DNA of 64,000 nt from Waterburya sp. (GCA_965217895.1 CBDCJV010000002.1:1920001-1984000), one strand, 5' to 3'. Counted from the stretch's first letter, positions 20,283 through 31,258 are shown. The notes: generated from the sequence alone by a model not told the origin. A program made the numbers and translations.

Positions 20283-22958
20283 TTAATTAGCATGACTTTT
20301 CTCCGCCCATAATTGAATCATATGTGCCACTACTCCCGTCCAGCCAGTCTGATGGGATGCACCCAAACCGGCACCATTATCTCCATGAAAATATTCGTGA
20401 AAGTAAATATAATCGCGCCAATGAGGGTCATTTTGAAATTTTTCTATGCCACCAAACACGGGTCGTTTATCTGAGTCATCTTGCAAAAAGATACTAGTCA
20501 TTCGTACAGCTAGTTCGACGATAATTTGGCTGAGATTTTTAAACTCGCCCGAATCTGTGGGAAACTCAATTTGAAAGTCATCTCCCAAATATTCGTGAAA
20601 GTTTTGCAGGGCTTCTAACAGTAGGTAATTAATTGGAAACCAAATCGGCCCTCGCCAGTTGGAGTTACCGCCAAACATCCCCGAAGTTGATTCTGCTGGC
20701 TCGTAGTCTACCTGATACCTCGTGCCGTTGACGCTCATCACAAAAGGATGATCTTGGTGGTATTTAGAAACCGAGCGAATCCCATAGGGACTCAAAAACT
20801 CAGCTTCATCAAACATATACGAGAGCAATCTTTGCAGCTTATTAGATTTGCCATCATCTCTGGGAGTGGCATAGCATAAAGCCAACAATCTTTTGGCACT
20901 TAAGCCTTCTGTTTCCATACAGGCAACGTTCTTTTTGAGATCGTGACGATTATGAATAAACCACTCTAGACGTTTTCTAAATCCTGGTAAATTTTTAATT
21001 GTTTCTGGTTTTGCTACGCTTACTCCTAGCAAGGGAATTAGACCAACAAGCGATCGCACTTTTAAAAGCTTTCTTCCTCCATCAGGAAAGTTAATCGCGT
21101 CGTAATAGAAACCATCTTCTTCATCCCACAGTGCCACTCCATCACCAACCTGATTCATGGCATCAGCAATGTAGAGAAAATGCTCAAAGAACTTGCTGGC
21201 AATATCTTCATAGGGTGGTCGATCCTGCGCCAACTCTAAGGCAATCTGGAGCATCTTGAGACTGTAGGTTGCCATCCAGCTTGTAGCATCTGCCTGTTCT
21301 AAGTTACCGCCTGTTGGTAACTCTTGAGAGCGATCAAATACGCCAATATTGTCTAAACCCAAAAAGCCACCTTCAAAAACATTCCTTCCTGCGGCATCTT
21401 CACGATTTACCCACCAGGTAAAGTTAAGCAGTAGCTTCTGAAATATACGCTCTAAAAAGTCTTGGTCTTTGCGTCCCCAATACTTTTCTTCTAGGGTATA
21501 AATTTGCCATGCTGCCCAAGCCTGGACTGGAGGATTAACGTCGCTAAATGCCCATTCATAGGCTGGTATCTGTCCGCTAGGATGCATATACCATTCACGA
21601 GTCAACCGAGATAGCTGTAGTTTGGCATATTCGGGATCGAGTATGGCTAAAGGTATCAGGTGAAAAGCTAAATCCCAGGCAGCATACCAAGGATATTCCC
21701 ACTTATCGGGCATGGAGATAATATCATCGTTAAATAAAGTTTTCCATTGGGAGTTTCTGCCGTTTTTGCGCGATTCTGGGGGCGCAACTGTATTAGGATC
21801 TCCCTGTAACCAGTCTTCGACTACATAATAGTAAAACTGTTTGTTCCACAACATTCCTGCAAACGCCTGTCGCTGAACGTTGCGCTGATCTTGAGATATA
21901 TCTTGAGGGGTCAGACTATGGTAAAACTCATCAGCTTCTTGTTGTCTTTGATTAAAGATGTCGTCAAACTTACTGAAGGGATTTTGTAAAGAATCAGAGT
22001 CGCACAGTCTTAACTCAACAGTACGACTTTCACCTGGGGGAATAGATAGTTGATAGTGAGATGCAAATTTTGTGCCAATATTATCTGGATTAACAGCATT
22101 GCGATCGCCATTAACTACATAGTTGTTAATTCCGTCTTTAACATAGGGAGAAGCGTTTTCTTGCCCGAATAATAATTCAAAGTTGGTTTCGTTTTCCGTA
22201 AACAATAAGCCGTCGGAATTATTACAGTACAGCCATCTTTCTCCCAAACTGGGATGTGATGCTTCAATTACAGTGTAGTCATCTTGTTGGGAATAAACCT
22301 TTAATTTTGGTTTTTCAGCGTCCTTGTACCAAGACCAAGTGTTGCGAAACCAAAGAGTAGGTAGTATATGCAATGGTTTCTCGACCTCGCCGCGATTGTG
22401 CGCCGTGACTTTAATTAAAATATCCTCGTCGCTAGCTTTGGCATATTCAATAAAAATATCGAAATACTTATCTTCGTCAAATACGCCCGTATCTAGCAAT
22501 TCATATTCAGGAGCATCTTTACCGCGTCTTTGATTTTCCTCTACCAGATCGGCATAAGGATATTCAGACTGGGGATACTTATACAAATACTTCATGTAAG
22601 AATGAGTCGGCGTATTATCGAGATAAAAATAGTACTCTTTGACATCTTCTCCATGATTGCCTTGATTACCAGTCAAGCCGAACATCTTTTCTTTGATAAT
22701 GGGATCTCGTTCGTTCCAAAAAGCTAGAGCAAAACAAAGACGCTGATGGTTATCACAGATGCCTGCAATACCGTCTTCTCCCCAACGGTATGCCCTAGAT
22801 AAAGACTGACTATGAGGAAAATATTCCCAAGCAGTACCATTTTCGCTGTAGTCTTCTCTGACCGTTCCCCACTGTCTTTCGCTGACATAAGGACCCCAGC
22901 GAGTCCAATAGGCTTTACGTTCTTTGTTTTCCTGTAGTCTTTGCTTTTCGGCATTCAT
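20283..22958 (-). CDS. GH63-like (mannosyl-oligosaccharide glucosidase-like) glycoside hydrolase
   Basis: WGPYVSERQWGTVREDYS, SMPDKWEYPWYAAWDLAFH, NSNWRGPIW, EYFHGDNGAGLGASHQTGWTG. Confidence 0.85.
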   Translation of the reverse strand: MNAEKQRLQENKERKAYWTRWGPYVSERQWGTVREDYSENGTAWEYFPHSQSLSRAYRWGEDGIAGICDNHQRLCFALAFWNERDPIIKEKMFGLTGNQGNHGEDVKEYYFYLDNTPTHSYMKYLYKYPQSEYPYADLVEENQRRGKDAPEYELLDTGVFDEDKYFDIFIEYAKASDEDILIKVTAHNRGEVEKPLHILPTLWFRNTWSWYKDAEKPKLKVYSQQDDYTVIEASHPSLGERWLYCNNSDGLLFTENETNFELLFGQENASPYVKDGINNYVVNGDRNAVNPDNIGTKFASHYQLSIPPGESRTVELRLCDSDSLQNPFSKFDDIFNQRQQEADEFYHSLTPQDISQDQRNVQRQAFAGMLWNKQFYYYVVEDWLQGDPNTVAPPESRKNGRNSQWKTLFNDDIISMPDKWEYPWYAAWDLAFHLIPLAILDPEYAKLQLSRLTREWYMHPSGQIPAYEWAFSDVNPPVQAWAAWQIYTLEEKYWGRKDQDFLERIFQKLLLNFTWWVNREDAAGRNVFEGGFLGLDNIGVFDRSQELPTGGNLEQADATSWMATYSLKMLQIALELAQDRPPYEDIASKFFEHFLYIADAMNQVGDGVALWDEEDGFYYDAINFPDGGRKLLKVRSLVGLIPLLGVSVAKPETIKNLPGFRKRLEWFIHNRHDLKKNVACMETEGLSAKRLLALCYATPRDDGKSNKLQRLLSYMFDEAEFLSPYGIRSVSKYHQDHPFVMSVNGTRYQVDYEPAESTSGMFGGNSNWRGPIWFPINYLLLEALQNFHEYLGDDFQIEFPTDSGEFKNLSQIIVELAVRMTSIFLQDDSDKRPVFGGIEKFQNDPHWRDYIYFHEYFHGDNGAGLGASHQTGWTGVVAHMIQLWAEKSHAN

Positions 22959-23002
22959 TATTCTTGCTCTCTTGTTTGTCTCTAGATACTGCTGCTCTCT
23001 AT

Positions 23003-23887
23003 TTACTTAACCCCTGCTGCTTCAGAGACTTCAAGAGCGATCGCAGCCCAATCCATATCGCTCCTTCCCTTCGCCATTGCTGCCAGAAATTGGTTGTGAA
23101 CTAAACTGGCTAAAGGCATCGGCATATTACAGGCTTGGGCGGTTTGCAAAGCTAAAGTAACATCTTTTAGCCCCAAGGAGAGTTTGAAGCCTGGTTCATA
23201 GTCCTGTTCGACGATCTGCTTGCCATACCCTTTATATACCGTACAAGAGAATAAGGTTTCGCCAAATAGTTCGGCTACTTTGGCTGGGTCAACACCATTT
23301 TTTTTAGCTAGGGTAAAAGCTTCTGCCATCGCTTCAATTGCTGCTACGATAGCAAAGTTAGCTGACAATTTAACTACGTTGGCACTACCAATAACGTCGC
23401 CAAAATCATATACTTTTTGCCCCATAGCTTCTAACAGTGGCTGCACCCGCACTTTAGCTGTAAAATTTCCCGACAGACAAATATTGAGTTTCGCTGCTTC
23501 GGCAGCATCGGGACGACCCAAAACGGGAGATGCTAAGTAGTAAGAACCTACTTCTTGATGCGCTTGAGCTAATTTCTCCGCTGTACTAGGGGCAATAGTA
23601 CTCATAGATAGATGAATACCGTCTTTACCTAACTGTTTGAGAATACCATCATCTCCTAAGACTACGCTTTCAACTACAGAATCGTTCGATAGCATGGTAA
23701 TCACAATGCCCCCTGGGGTAACTGCATCGGCGGGCGTGTCTGATAATTCTGCACCTTTTTCAATCAATGGTTGAGCTTTTTCGGCAGTACGATTATAAAC
23801 TTTGAGTTTGTAACCCGCATTGATTAAATTGGCTGCCATTTGCAGACCCATGTTACCCAGACCGATAAATCCAATTGGTTGTTTCAT
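23003..23887 (-). CDS. NAD(P)-dependent beta-hydroxyacid dehydrogenase (3-hydroxyisobutyrate / tartronate semialdehyde reductase family)
   Basis: IGFIGLGNMG, YNRT, MSTIAP, ASPVLGR, VKLSAN, LGLKDV. Confidence 0.9.
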   Translation of the reverse strand: MKQPIGFIGLGNMGLQMAANLINAGYKLKVYNRTAEKAQPLIEKGAELSDTPADAVTPGGIVITMLSNDSVVESVVLGDDGILKQLGKDGIHLSMSTIAPSTAEKLAQAHQEVGSYYLASPVLGRPDAAEAAKLNICLSGNFTAKVRVQPLLEAMGQKVYDFGDVIGSANVVKLSANFAIVAAIEAMAEAFTLAKKNGVDPAKVAELFGETLFSCTVYKGYGKQIVEQDYEPGFKLSLGLKDVTLALQTAQACNMPMPLASLVHNQFLAAMAKGRSDMDWAAIALEVSEAAGVK

Positions 23888-24201
23888 TGTTTGTCTCTTT
23901 AAGTTTAATAAATTAATATGTGCCAAGGCGAACCACTATTGCTACCCGTAATAAACCAAACTTTATTGTCAGTATTCGTAGTATTTACCGATTTAATTTA
24001 ATTTTGTTTTTGCCTCACCTTCAAAATAAAAAATAGCTGCATATATTAGCTTCCACAATCTTGCTTATACTTGTCGATTATTGCTTCTTATAGTCATGCC
24101 AATTCTTTTTTGAGTACGAAGGTTGATGACATAGTTTTTTATTTGAAAAGTCAAGTTAAGGACAAAACCCATCAATTGCCTACTTATCTGCATACACTAA
24201 T

Positions 24202-24918
24202 CTAGCTGCCTAAATATTTAGGCTTGAGAGGTTTTTCTTTTACTCTACCGTTTTGATTTTCTAAAAAGTAAGCCATCGCTGTTGGGCGAGAAGAGACAAT
24301 ATTAGCTAGGTTATCGCTAACAAAATGCAAAGCAACTCCATCATCAGCAGCATATCCTTCACTAATCAAGCCTTGAGATAATAATTGGTGATAGGATGGT
24401 CTTCTTTCAGTTTCACCATCGTAATGAGGACAATTGCTACCAGTCAGAAAGCCCAGGCATTTTAAGGTAGTGTATTTTTCTGGAATAGAATCTGTAACTC
24501 CTTCTTCAAACCAACAGATTGAACCAGCACTTAAGCCACAAAGGATTATGCCTTGTGTCCATGCTTGTCTCAAAATACCGTCAAGCTGCCATTCTTTCCA
24601 CAGAGCAATTAAACTTTTAGTATTTCCCCCACCGACATAAATAATATCTTGATCGAGAATAAAAGTTCTTAAATCGGCAGTATGAGGTTTAAATAATGAC
24701 AAATGAGATAAATGAGCGGGTTTTGGTGCAAAATGTCGATAAAATCTTTCTGTATATTCTTCTGAGTCTCCGCTTGCCGTAGGAACAAAGCACACTTTCG
24801 GTTCTTCTTTGTTGGATAAATTGTAAATATAAAAATCCAACAGAGGATTATCGGGTTCCATTCCCCATCCCCCACCACCCATAGCAACTATTTGTCTTTG
24901 AGGCAATTTTTCTGACAT
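24202..24918 (-). CDS. Peptidase E (S51 family)
   Basis: VPTASGD, YVGGGNT, GLSAGS nucleophile motif, CPHYD. Confidence 0.9.
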   Translation of the reverse strand: MSEKLPQRQIVAMGGGGWGMEPDNPLLDFYIYNLSNKEEPKVCFVPTASGDSEEYTERFYRHFAPKPAHLSHLSLFKPHTADLRTFILDQDIIYVGGGNTKSLIALWKEWQLDGILRQAWTQGIILCGLSAGSICWFEEGVTDSIPEKYTTLKCLGFLTGSNCPHYDGETERRPSYHQLLSQGLISEGYAADDGVALHFVSDNLANIVSSRPTAMAYFLENQNGRVKEKPLKPKYLGS

Positions 24919-25063
24919 TGGAGTAGGGATAATTATTTTTACTTGTAGTTAATATATCAAACACATCAAAGATAATAATTGCGATCGCTCTTTTCCATTT
25001 GGTAAAAAAATTTACTACCATAACTTATAGAATAATTTATTTAGTGAATTGGGGTTGTTGGTC

Positions 25064-26122
25064 GTGATTGTAGTAATGAAAGTCGGTTCTCCAGAAGCAG
25101 AAATTAAGAGAATAGAGTTGGAATTACAGGAGTGGGGACTAACACCAGAGAAGATTGTTGGTAAACACAAGATCGTGATGGGTTTGGTGGGTGATACTGC
25201 TTCTCTCGATCCTCTGCAAATAAAAGAAATTAGCTCTTGGATTGAGAATGTTCTCAGGGTAGAAAAGCCCTATAAACGCACCAGCTTAGAATTTCGTAAC
25301 GGAGAACATAGCAATGTTGTTGTGCCTACCCCTAGTGGAAAAGTTACTTTTGGGCGTAATCATCCTGTAGTAATCATTGCTGGACCTTGTTCAGTAGAAA
25401 ATGAAACCATGATCATTGAAACAGCTAAGGCTGTTAAAGCTGCTGGTGCTAGTTTTTTGCGTGGTGGTGCTTACAAACCCCGCACTTCTCCCTATTCTTT
25501 TCAAGGTCATGGAGAAAGTGCCTTAGACTTGTTAGCTGCTGCTAGAGACGCTAGTGGTTTGGGAATTATTACCGAGGTTATGGACACTGCCGATCTCGAC
25601 AAAGTGGCGGAGGTTGCCGATATTGTCCAGGTTGGCGCAAGAAATATGCAGAATTTTCCTCTGTTAAAAAAAGTTGGCGCACAAGATAAACCTGTATTTT
25701 TGAAGCGGGGTATGTCGGCAACTATTGATGAGTGGCTGATGGCAGCCGAGTATATTTTGGCTGCGGGTAATTCTAACGTGATTTTATGTGAGCGAGGAAT
25801 TCGTACCTTTGAGCGTAAATACGCCCGTAATACTCTAGATTTGGCGGTAGTACCTGTCTTACGCTCTCTGACTCATTTACCCATTGCGATCGATCCCAGT
25901 CATGGTACTGGCATAGCTAAATATGTTCCGCCGATGGCAAAAGCAGCGATCGCCGCAGGAGCAGATTCTTTGATGATCGAAGTTCACCCTAACCCAGCCA
26001 AAGCCCTTTCAGATGGACCTCAATCTCAGACTTTTGAAAGCTTTCGAGATTTAATGGCAGAATTGAGCGTAATCGGTAAAGCCGTCGGGCGTTGGTCAGA
26101 ATTGCCCATAGCTTCAATTTAA
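25064..26122 (+). CDS. aroF: 3-deoxy-7-phosphoheptulonate (DAHP) synthase, type I-beta
   Basis: IAGPCSVE, RGGAYKPRTSPYSFQG, GARNMQN, DPSHGTG, ALSDGPQ; GTG start at 25064. Confidence 0.95.
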   Translation: MIVVMKVGSPEAEIKRIELELQEWGLTPEKIVGKHKIVMGLVGDTASLDPLQIKEISSWIENVLRVEKPYKRTSLEFRNGEHSNVVVPTPSGKVTFGRNHPVVIIAGPCSVENETMIIETAKAVKAAGASFLRGGAYKPRTSPYSFQGHGESALDLLAAARDASGLGIITEVMDTADLDKVAEVADIVQVGARNMQNFPLLKKVGAQDKPVFLKRGMSATIDEWLMAAEYILAAGNSNVILCERGIRTFERKYARNTLDLAVVPVLRSLTHLPIAIDPSHGTGIAKYVPPMAKAAIAAGADSLMIEVHPNPAKALSDGPQSQTFESFRDLMAELSVIGKAVGRWSELPIASI

Positions 26123-26250
26123 TTTGCCTCAGTGCAATATGGTTGATGTAAATCAGAGGCAGGATTGATAAAAAATACAGATAGAGAAGCTTATCTTTAC
26201 CATGTCAGACCTTAAAAGTTGACTATTCAGATTAGATATTAACAATAACT

Positions 26251-26583
26251 ATGAAGGAAACTACTCCAATTGAACCTGTTCCTAACTCCGATTCTCAGCC
26301 AGAAGAACAAAAAGATAATGTAACTCCCCTCAAGTGTTTCTTATCCTCAATTGTTTCGGGAGGGTTTACTTTTGCTATTTATCTATTGTTCAATTCCATT
26401 GTCCAAACTTATGCTAACAAGACAATTACTGGGACAAATCCTTTAGTAATCAATATCACGGCAGCGGTTAGAACCCTGGTAATGGGAACTGTGGCAATGG
26501 CTACTGGAATCTTTGGATTAGCAGCCTTAGGATTGTTTTTGTTGGGTATTCAGCTAACCATTCAGAATCTTAAGAAAGCTTAA
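26251..26583 (+). CDS. DUF3082-like small membrane protein
   Basis: Two hydrophobic helices with NITAAVRTLVMG motif. Confidence 0.7.
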   Translation: MKETTPIEPVPNSDSQPEEQKDNVTPLKCFLSSIVSGGFTFAIYLLFNSIVQTYANKTITGTNPLVINITAAVRTLVMGTVAMATGIFGLAALGLFLLGIQLTIQNLKKA

Positions 26584-26610
26584 GTTAACGTTGTGGCTGT
26601 GACCAACAAA

Positions 26611-26641
26611 AATTGCGTTCTTGTTTGATAAGAGCGCAATT
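26611..26641. terminator. Probable bidirectional terminator
   Basis: AATTGCGTTCTTGT-TTG-ATAAGAGCGCAATT hairpin between convergent genes. Confidence 0.7.
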
Positions 26642-26667
26642 AAATAAAATAAATTAAGCTATACAGA

Positions 26668-29600
26668 CTATACAGAAGATTCTTGCTGCTGATAGAGATA
26701 GCAATAACGCCCTTTTAACGCCATCAGTTCTTCGTGAGTACCTCGCTCGACAATTGAACCTGCATCCATCATCACAATCGTGTCGGCATTTTTAATTGTG
26801 CCTAAACGGTGAGTAATAAAGAATACTGTACGTCCTTTGAGAGCTTCTTTTAGATTACGAGAGACTTCTTGTTCTGTAGAAAAATCCAAGGCACTAGTTG
26901 CTTCATCTAAGACCATCATGGCGGGGGCTTGCAAAATTGTACGAGCGATCGCAATCCGCTGTCTTTGTCCCCCAGATAATGATGAACCTCGCTCTCCTAC
27001 CCTAGTGTTGTAACCATTGGGTAAAGTCATGATAAAGTCGTGGGCAGCAGCAATTTGAGCAGCAGCTATTATTTCTTCGGTAGTAGCATCGGGGTTTGTT
27101 AAGGCAATATTATCCAAGATTGTACCCTCAAATAACAGCGTTTCTTGGGGAACAACACCAATTTGACGACGAATAGAATATAACTCCACGCGGTTGATAT
27201 CATAACCGTCAATTAAAATTCTTCCCCCTTCTGGCTCATAAAGTCTAGACAGCAGCTTAGTCATAGTACTTTTGCCTGCACCACTTTCGCCGACTATCGC
27301 CACAAATGTCCCAGCTTCAAACTCGGTAGTCACGTTTTTAAGCTGAAGCGGACCAGTATTTTTAAAGCGGAAGGAAAGGTCGTCGTATTTAACTCTACCC
27401 CTAATAGCAGGCATTGGAATATTATTGCGATCGGCTTCTCCTTCTTCTGGGTTATCGACGATATCAGCTAGACGTTCTAAAGATAAAGCCGTTTCTTGGA
27501 AGTTTTGCCACAGGGTTGCTAAACGCATCACGGGAGAAGTTACGTAACCACCAATAATCCTAAAGGCAATTAATTGACCCAGGGTGAGTTTACCATCCAA
27601 GACCAAATAAGCACCCAAGCCAATGATAACTACACGAGAAAGCTTATTGAGAAAATCACTGGCAGATTTAGCCAAAGTGGAGGTAACTACAGTTTTAAAC
27701 CCAGTCGAAATATAGCGGGCGTATCTCTCCTGCCATTTCCAGCGCGATCGCAATTCAATATTCTGCGCCTTGACGGTTTGAATTCCCGTTAATATCTCAA
27801 CTAAGTAAGACTGAGTTTCAGCATTACGTTCAGCTTTAACTCTAAGCTGTTGGCGAATTGTGGGCGAAAATATTAAAGTAAGAGCTATAAAAATAGGAAT
27901 AATTGATAAGGTAACAGCCGTTAGCAAAGGGCTGTACAGGAACATTACCACTACATATATTACCGAGAATATACAGTCTAAAACTACTGTTAAAGCTGTC
28001 CCTGTCAAAAACTGACGAATTCTTTCAAGTTCGTTAACGCGAGTCGAAATTTCTCCCACTGGTCGCCGTTCAAAATAACGTAGAGGCAGTCTCAGTAAAT
28101 GATCGATAATTTCCGAACCCAGGGTTAAATCGATCCGATTCGTTGTATCTACAAACAGATACGTTCGCAAAGTAGTCAGCAGTGCTTCAAAAATATTAAT
28201 TACAACTAAGAAGAAAATTAGATAGCCCAATGTACTAGGACTATTTTGACTAATTACCTTATCAATAATGACCTGAATCATTAGCGGGTTGGCAAGTTGA
28301 AATAGCTGTACAAAGAATGAAGCAATGAATACTTCAATTAAAACTCGCTTATATTTCTGTAAAGCTGGTAAAAACCAATTAATCCCAAATCTTTCTTGGG
28401 GAGTTTCCTTAGTTTTTTTCAGTAATAAAACTTCTCCGCCTTCGCCCCAAGTGGCGATAAAGTCTTCAGGCTTATAACGACGTAAACCTAGTTCAGGAAC
28501 AGCAATTACTAATTCAGTTTCGCTATGCTCATAGATTATGGCCAGGCTATCTTGCCAAACTACCATACTAGGTCCCTCAAGGCGAGTAATTGCCTGGGCA
28601 GGAATATTAATTAATTGCGGATTAAGTCCCATTAGTTCGGAAACAGCACCGCATAAAGGTAATGATAAATTTGGTGTTCTGTCTAGCTGTTCTTTCAAAA
28701 CACGCTTAATTACCTCTTTGCGAAAAGGCATTCCAAAATATTTACTTAACATTTGGAAACAGGCAACACCTATTTCTAAGGTAGTTTTAGCAGCAACAAA
28801 GGGGTATTCTTTTGTCCCTGAGTTGACAACCTCTTCCTCCTCTTGAAAGGTATATCCTTCTCCTAATCCTTCAGCTTCGTCAAAGTTTGTATCATCTAAA
28901 TCCAGACTAGGTACAATTGCCGAACCATCTAAAGTCTTGCCAAAAGTTTCCTCAAATACTGATGCTTCGCTTTCTCCATCGAACCAATATTCTCTGGGAA
29001 TTGAAATAAGACGGGCTGGCTGGCTACCGCTAACAGCAATAGTTTGGCGATCATTGGTTAATTCCAGGCGACTGCCAGCCGGGTATTCTTTGATCGCTCC
29101 ACCGCCACTCACCAGCCAAATCAAATTAGGATCTTTTAAAGGTTGTCCCAGTTCAGAATTAAGCTCGTGTTCCCCAGGAGGCAAATAATACACCTGAGCA
29201 ACTTCCGTCATCTTCTGGGCATATTCGGCTAGATCCCAATCTCCTTGAGCCTGCTGTTCTAGCTGAATACCCAGTAAATCAAAAATTTCTACCTTAGCGG
29301 GCTTATATTTGTATTCTTCTGCTAGTTGAGGATATTGCTCAATCAGGCTCAAAAAATATTCGTTGTCTAAAGCCAGACAAACAACTTCCGTACTAGCCAT
29401 TGCTGTTTCGCACGGCAAGCCTCTGGCCAAATTAACCCAGCCAATCATCTGTCCTGGTTTGAGCTTATCTAAAGTAGTAGGCATTTTAGTGCGGGGATCA
29501 TAGCCAAGTAGCCTTACTTCTCCTTCAGAAATAATAGCTACTTGTCCCTGCATTTTTTCCCGCATGATCATTACCTTACCCACTCCAAACCGTAGCGGTT

Positions 29601-29712
29601 TGAGTTTTGGGGCGATGCTAGAAATAGCTTCAGATGAAAGTCGGTTAAATTGCGGAACTAAAGAGAGAAATTGTTCGACAATTTTAGTAGTGTTGGTGTT
29701 TGTATTGGTCAT
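26668..29712 (-). CDS. HlyB-like type I secretion ABC transporter with N-terminal cNMP-binding-like and degenerate C39-like domains
   Basis: GESGAGKST, LSGGQRQRIAIAR, LDEATSALD; TMD motif LPLRYFERRPVGE; N-terminal cNMP-like region. Confidence 0.9.
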   Translation of the reverse strand: MTNTNTNTTKIVEQFLSLVPQFNRLSSEAISSIAPKLKPLRFGVGKVMIMREKMQGQVAIISEGEVRLLGYDPRTKMPTTLDKLKPGQMIGWVNLARGLPCETAMASTEVVCLALDNEYFLSLIEQYPQLAEEYKYKPAKVEIFDLLGIQLEQQAQGDWDLAEYAQKMTEVAQVYYLPPGEHELNSELGQPLKDPNLIWLVSGGGAIKEYPAGSRLELTNDRQTIAVSGSQPARLISIPREYWFDGESEASVFEETFGKTLDGSAIVPSLDLDDTNFDEAEGLGEGYTFQEEEEVVNSGTKEYPFVAAKTTLEIGVACFQMLSKYFGMPFRKEVIKRVLKEQLDRTPNLSLPLCGAVSELMGLNPQLINIPAQAITRLEGPSMVVWQDSLAIIYEHSETELVIAVPELGLRRYKPEDFIATWGEGGEVLLLKKTKETPQERFGINWFLPALQKYKRVLIEVFIASFFVQLFQLANPLMIQVIIDKVISQNSPSTLGYLIFFLVVINIFEALLTTLRTYLFVDTTNRIDLTLGSEIIDHLLRLPLRYFERRPVGEISTRVNELERIRQFLTGTALTVVLDCIFSVIYVVVMFLYSPLLTAVTLSIIPIFIALTLIFSPTIRQQLRVKAERNAETQSYLVEILTGIQTVKAQNIELRSRWKWQERYARYISTGFKTVVTSTLAKSASDFLNKLSRVVIIGLGAYLVLDGKLTLGQLIAFRIIGGYVTSPVMRLATLWQNFQETALSLERLADIVDNPEEGEADRNNIPMPAIRGRVKYDDLSFRFKNTGPLQLKNVTTEFEAGTFVAIVGESGAGKSTMTKLLSRLYEPEGGRILIDGYDINRVELYSIRRQIGVVPQETLLFEGTILDNIALTNPDATTEEIIAAAQIAAAHDFIMTLPNGYNTRVGERGSSLSGGQRQRIAIARTILQAPAMMVLDEATSALDFSTEQEVSRNLKEALKGRTVFFITHRLGTIKNADTIVMMDAGSIVERGTHEELMALKGRYCYLYQQQESSV

Positions 29713-29726
29713 AAGTCAAGTACGCC

Positions 29727-30467
29727 TCAAGAAGTGACAGGGCTAGATAAAAAAGATACTTTTTGTTTAGTTACCTCATTGAGCCATTGATTAAATAGTT
29801 CGTCTAGCATCCGTTGTCGCATGGGAGAATCGAGCTTTGCCGAAAGATAATTTTCTAGTCTGACAATGACAATCCACTCACCCACGCGAGCTGGAGGAAT
29901 TAGCTGTCCTGGTTGACAAGTAGCAAGTATCTGAGCAATTTTAGGATGGGGAGCGTTAATTTCCACAGGTCCAATTAAACCGCCTGTTTGAGCTTCTGTA
30001 CCTAAGGAGTACTCCATTGCTAGCCCACTAAAAGTGTTTTCGTCATCTTTTATGCGAAAATATAGTTCTTGTGCTATTTCTGGTCTTTCTACCCGAATCA
30101 AAGAATAAACAACTCGATCAAGTTGAGACTTGCGTTTAATAAAATGGGCATCAACCTGATCGTTCCAATTAGCTTGCTTAAACTTTTCGAGTCTTAATCT
30201 TTTGGTAATGAGCTTCTGCAACTGCTCACGGCTCATTCCCTGTTTATTCAGCCAATCTTCCACCTGTTCGTCTGAGGCTAATTGATTTTGTTGACAAAAC
30301 TGATTGAAGGTTGAGGTGTTTTCTTCTTCAGTACACTCAATCTCAGCAATTAGTCGATCAATCAAAATTTCTTGTGCCAGCTTAGGTAGCATCTGATACT
30401 GGGTTAGCAATGGAACTAAATCTTCGGCGGTGTAAACTTGATTATCTACTTCTAAAACTACGCTCAT
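29727..30467 (-). CDS. PpiC-type peptidylprolyl isomerase
   Basis: LDRVVYSLIRV, FSGLAMEYS, GGLIGP; directly upstream of the HlyB-like gene. Confidence 0.85.
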   Translation of the reverse strand: MSVVLEVDNQVYTAEDLVPLLTQYQMLPKLAQEILIDRLIAEIECTEEENTSTFNQFCQQNQLASDEQVEDWLNKQGMSREQLQKLITKRLRLEKFKQANWNDQVDAHFIKRKSQLDRVVYSLIRVERPEIAQELYFRIKDDENTFSGLAMEYSLGTEAQTGGLIGPVEINAPHPKIAQILATCQPGQLIPPARVGEWIVIVRLENYLSAKLDSPMRQRMLDELFNQWLNEVTKQKVSFLSSPVTS

Positions 30468-30714
30468 ACTTTTTGAGTTAGGCGAAAAGTACGCCAATAC
30501 ACATAAATTAAATAATAATTACAATTTATTCTATAGTTGTGACATTAAGATGCGATTTTACTTAAGAATATCAATACTCTGTGCTTCTGAATCTTGCTTG
30601 ACTCATAGCTCTTCTTCAATTTCGCTATTTTAACTTAACCTACTTTAGTGGGAATGACACATTGTCTGTCGTTTTTCTTAGCTTGAGGATTAGGAAAAAT
30701 TTGCTTAATTTGCT

Positions 30715-31197
30715 TCAATTACGATCAATTAACAAAATTACTACATAAGCACAAATTCCCTCTTCCCTGCCAACAGGACCAAGCTTTTCGTTGGTTGTGG
30801 CTTTGATGCTAATTTGACTCTCTTCAATTTTTAAGGTTTTAGCAAGGTTAGAACGCATTAACTTGAGATAAGGTTTAAGCTTGGGGTTTTCTGCCACCAC
30901 GGTAGAGTCTATATTGCCAATTTGCCAGCCTTGAGAGAAGATAATTTCGGCAACTTGCTGTAGCAAGATCATACTGTCTGCTCCTTTCCACTTCGGGTCG
31001 CTAGGGGGAAAATAATGACCAATATCTCCTAGTCCCAAAGCTCCCAGCATAGCGTCCATAGTGGCATGGACAAGAACATCAGCATCGCTATGCCCCAACA
31101 GTCCCTGGGAATGGGGAATATTAACCCCAGCCAGGATTAACGGTCTGCCTGCTACTAATTGATGAATATCGTAACCATTGCCAATACGAATGTTCAT
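30715..31197 (-). CDS. ispF: 2-C-methyl-D-erythritol 2,4-cyclodiphosphate synthase
   Basis: [33 protein letters not shown]. Confidence 0.97.
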   Translation of the reverse strand: MNIRIGNGYDIHQLVAGRPLILAGVNIPHSQGLLGHSDADVLVHATMDAMLGALGLGDIGHYFPPSDPKWKGADSMILLQQVAEIIFSQGWQIGNIDSTVVAENPKLKPYLKLMRSNLAKTLKIEESQISIKATTNEKLGPVGREEGICAYVVILLIDRN

Positions 31198-31258
31198 TGT
31201 GAGAATGAATTATCCTAGATTAATTGTGTTTTTTATTTAGTGTTGGAGTGTCAAAGAG

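Noticed and set aside
26668..29712. Peptidase-containing transporter (PCAT) for the putative RiPP
   Set aside because: It is 11 kb away, the catalytic Cys/His appear replaced, and the peptide lacks a double-glycine motif.
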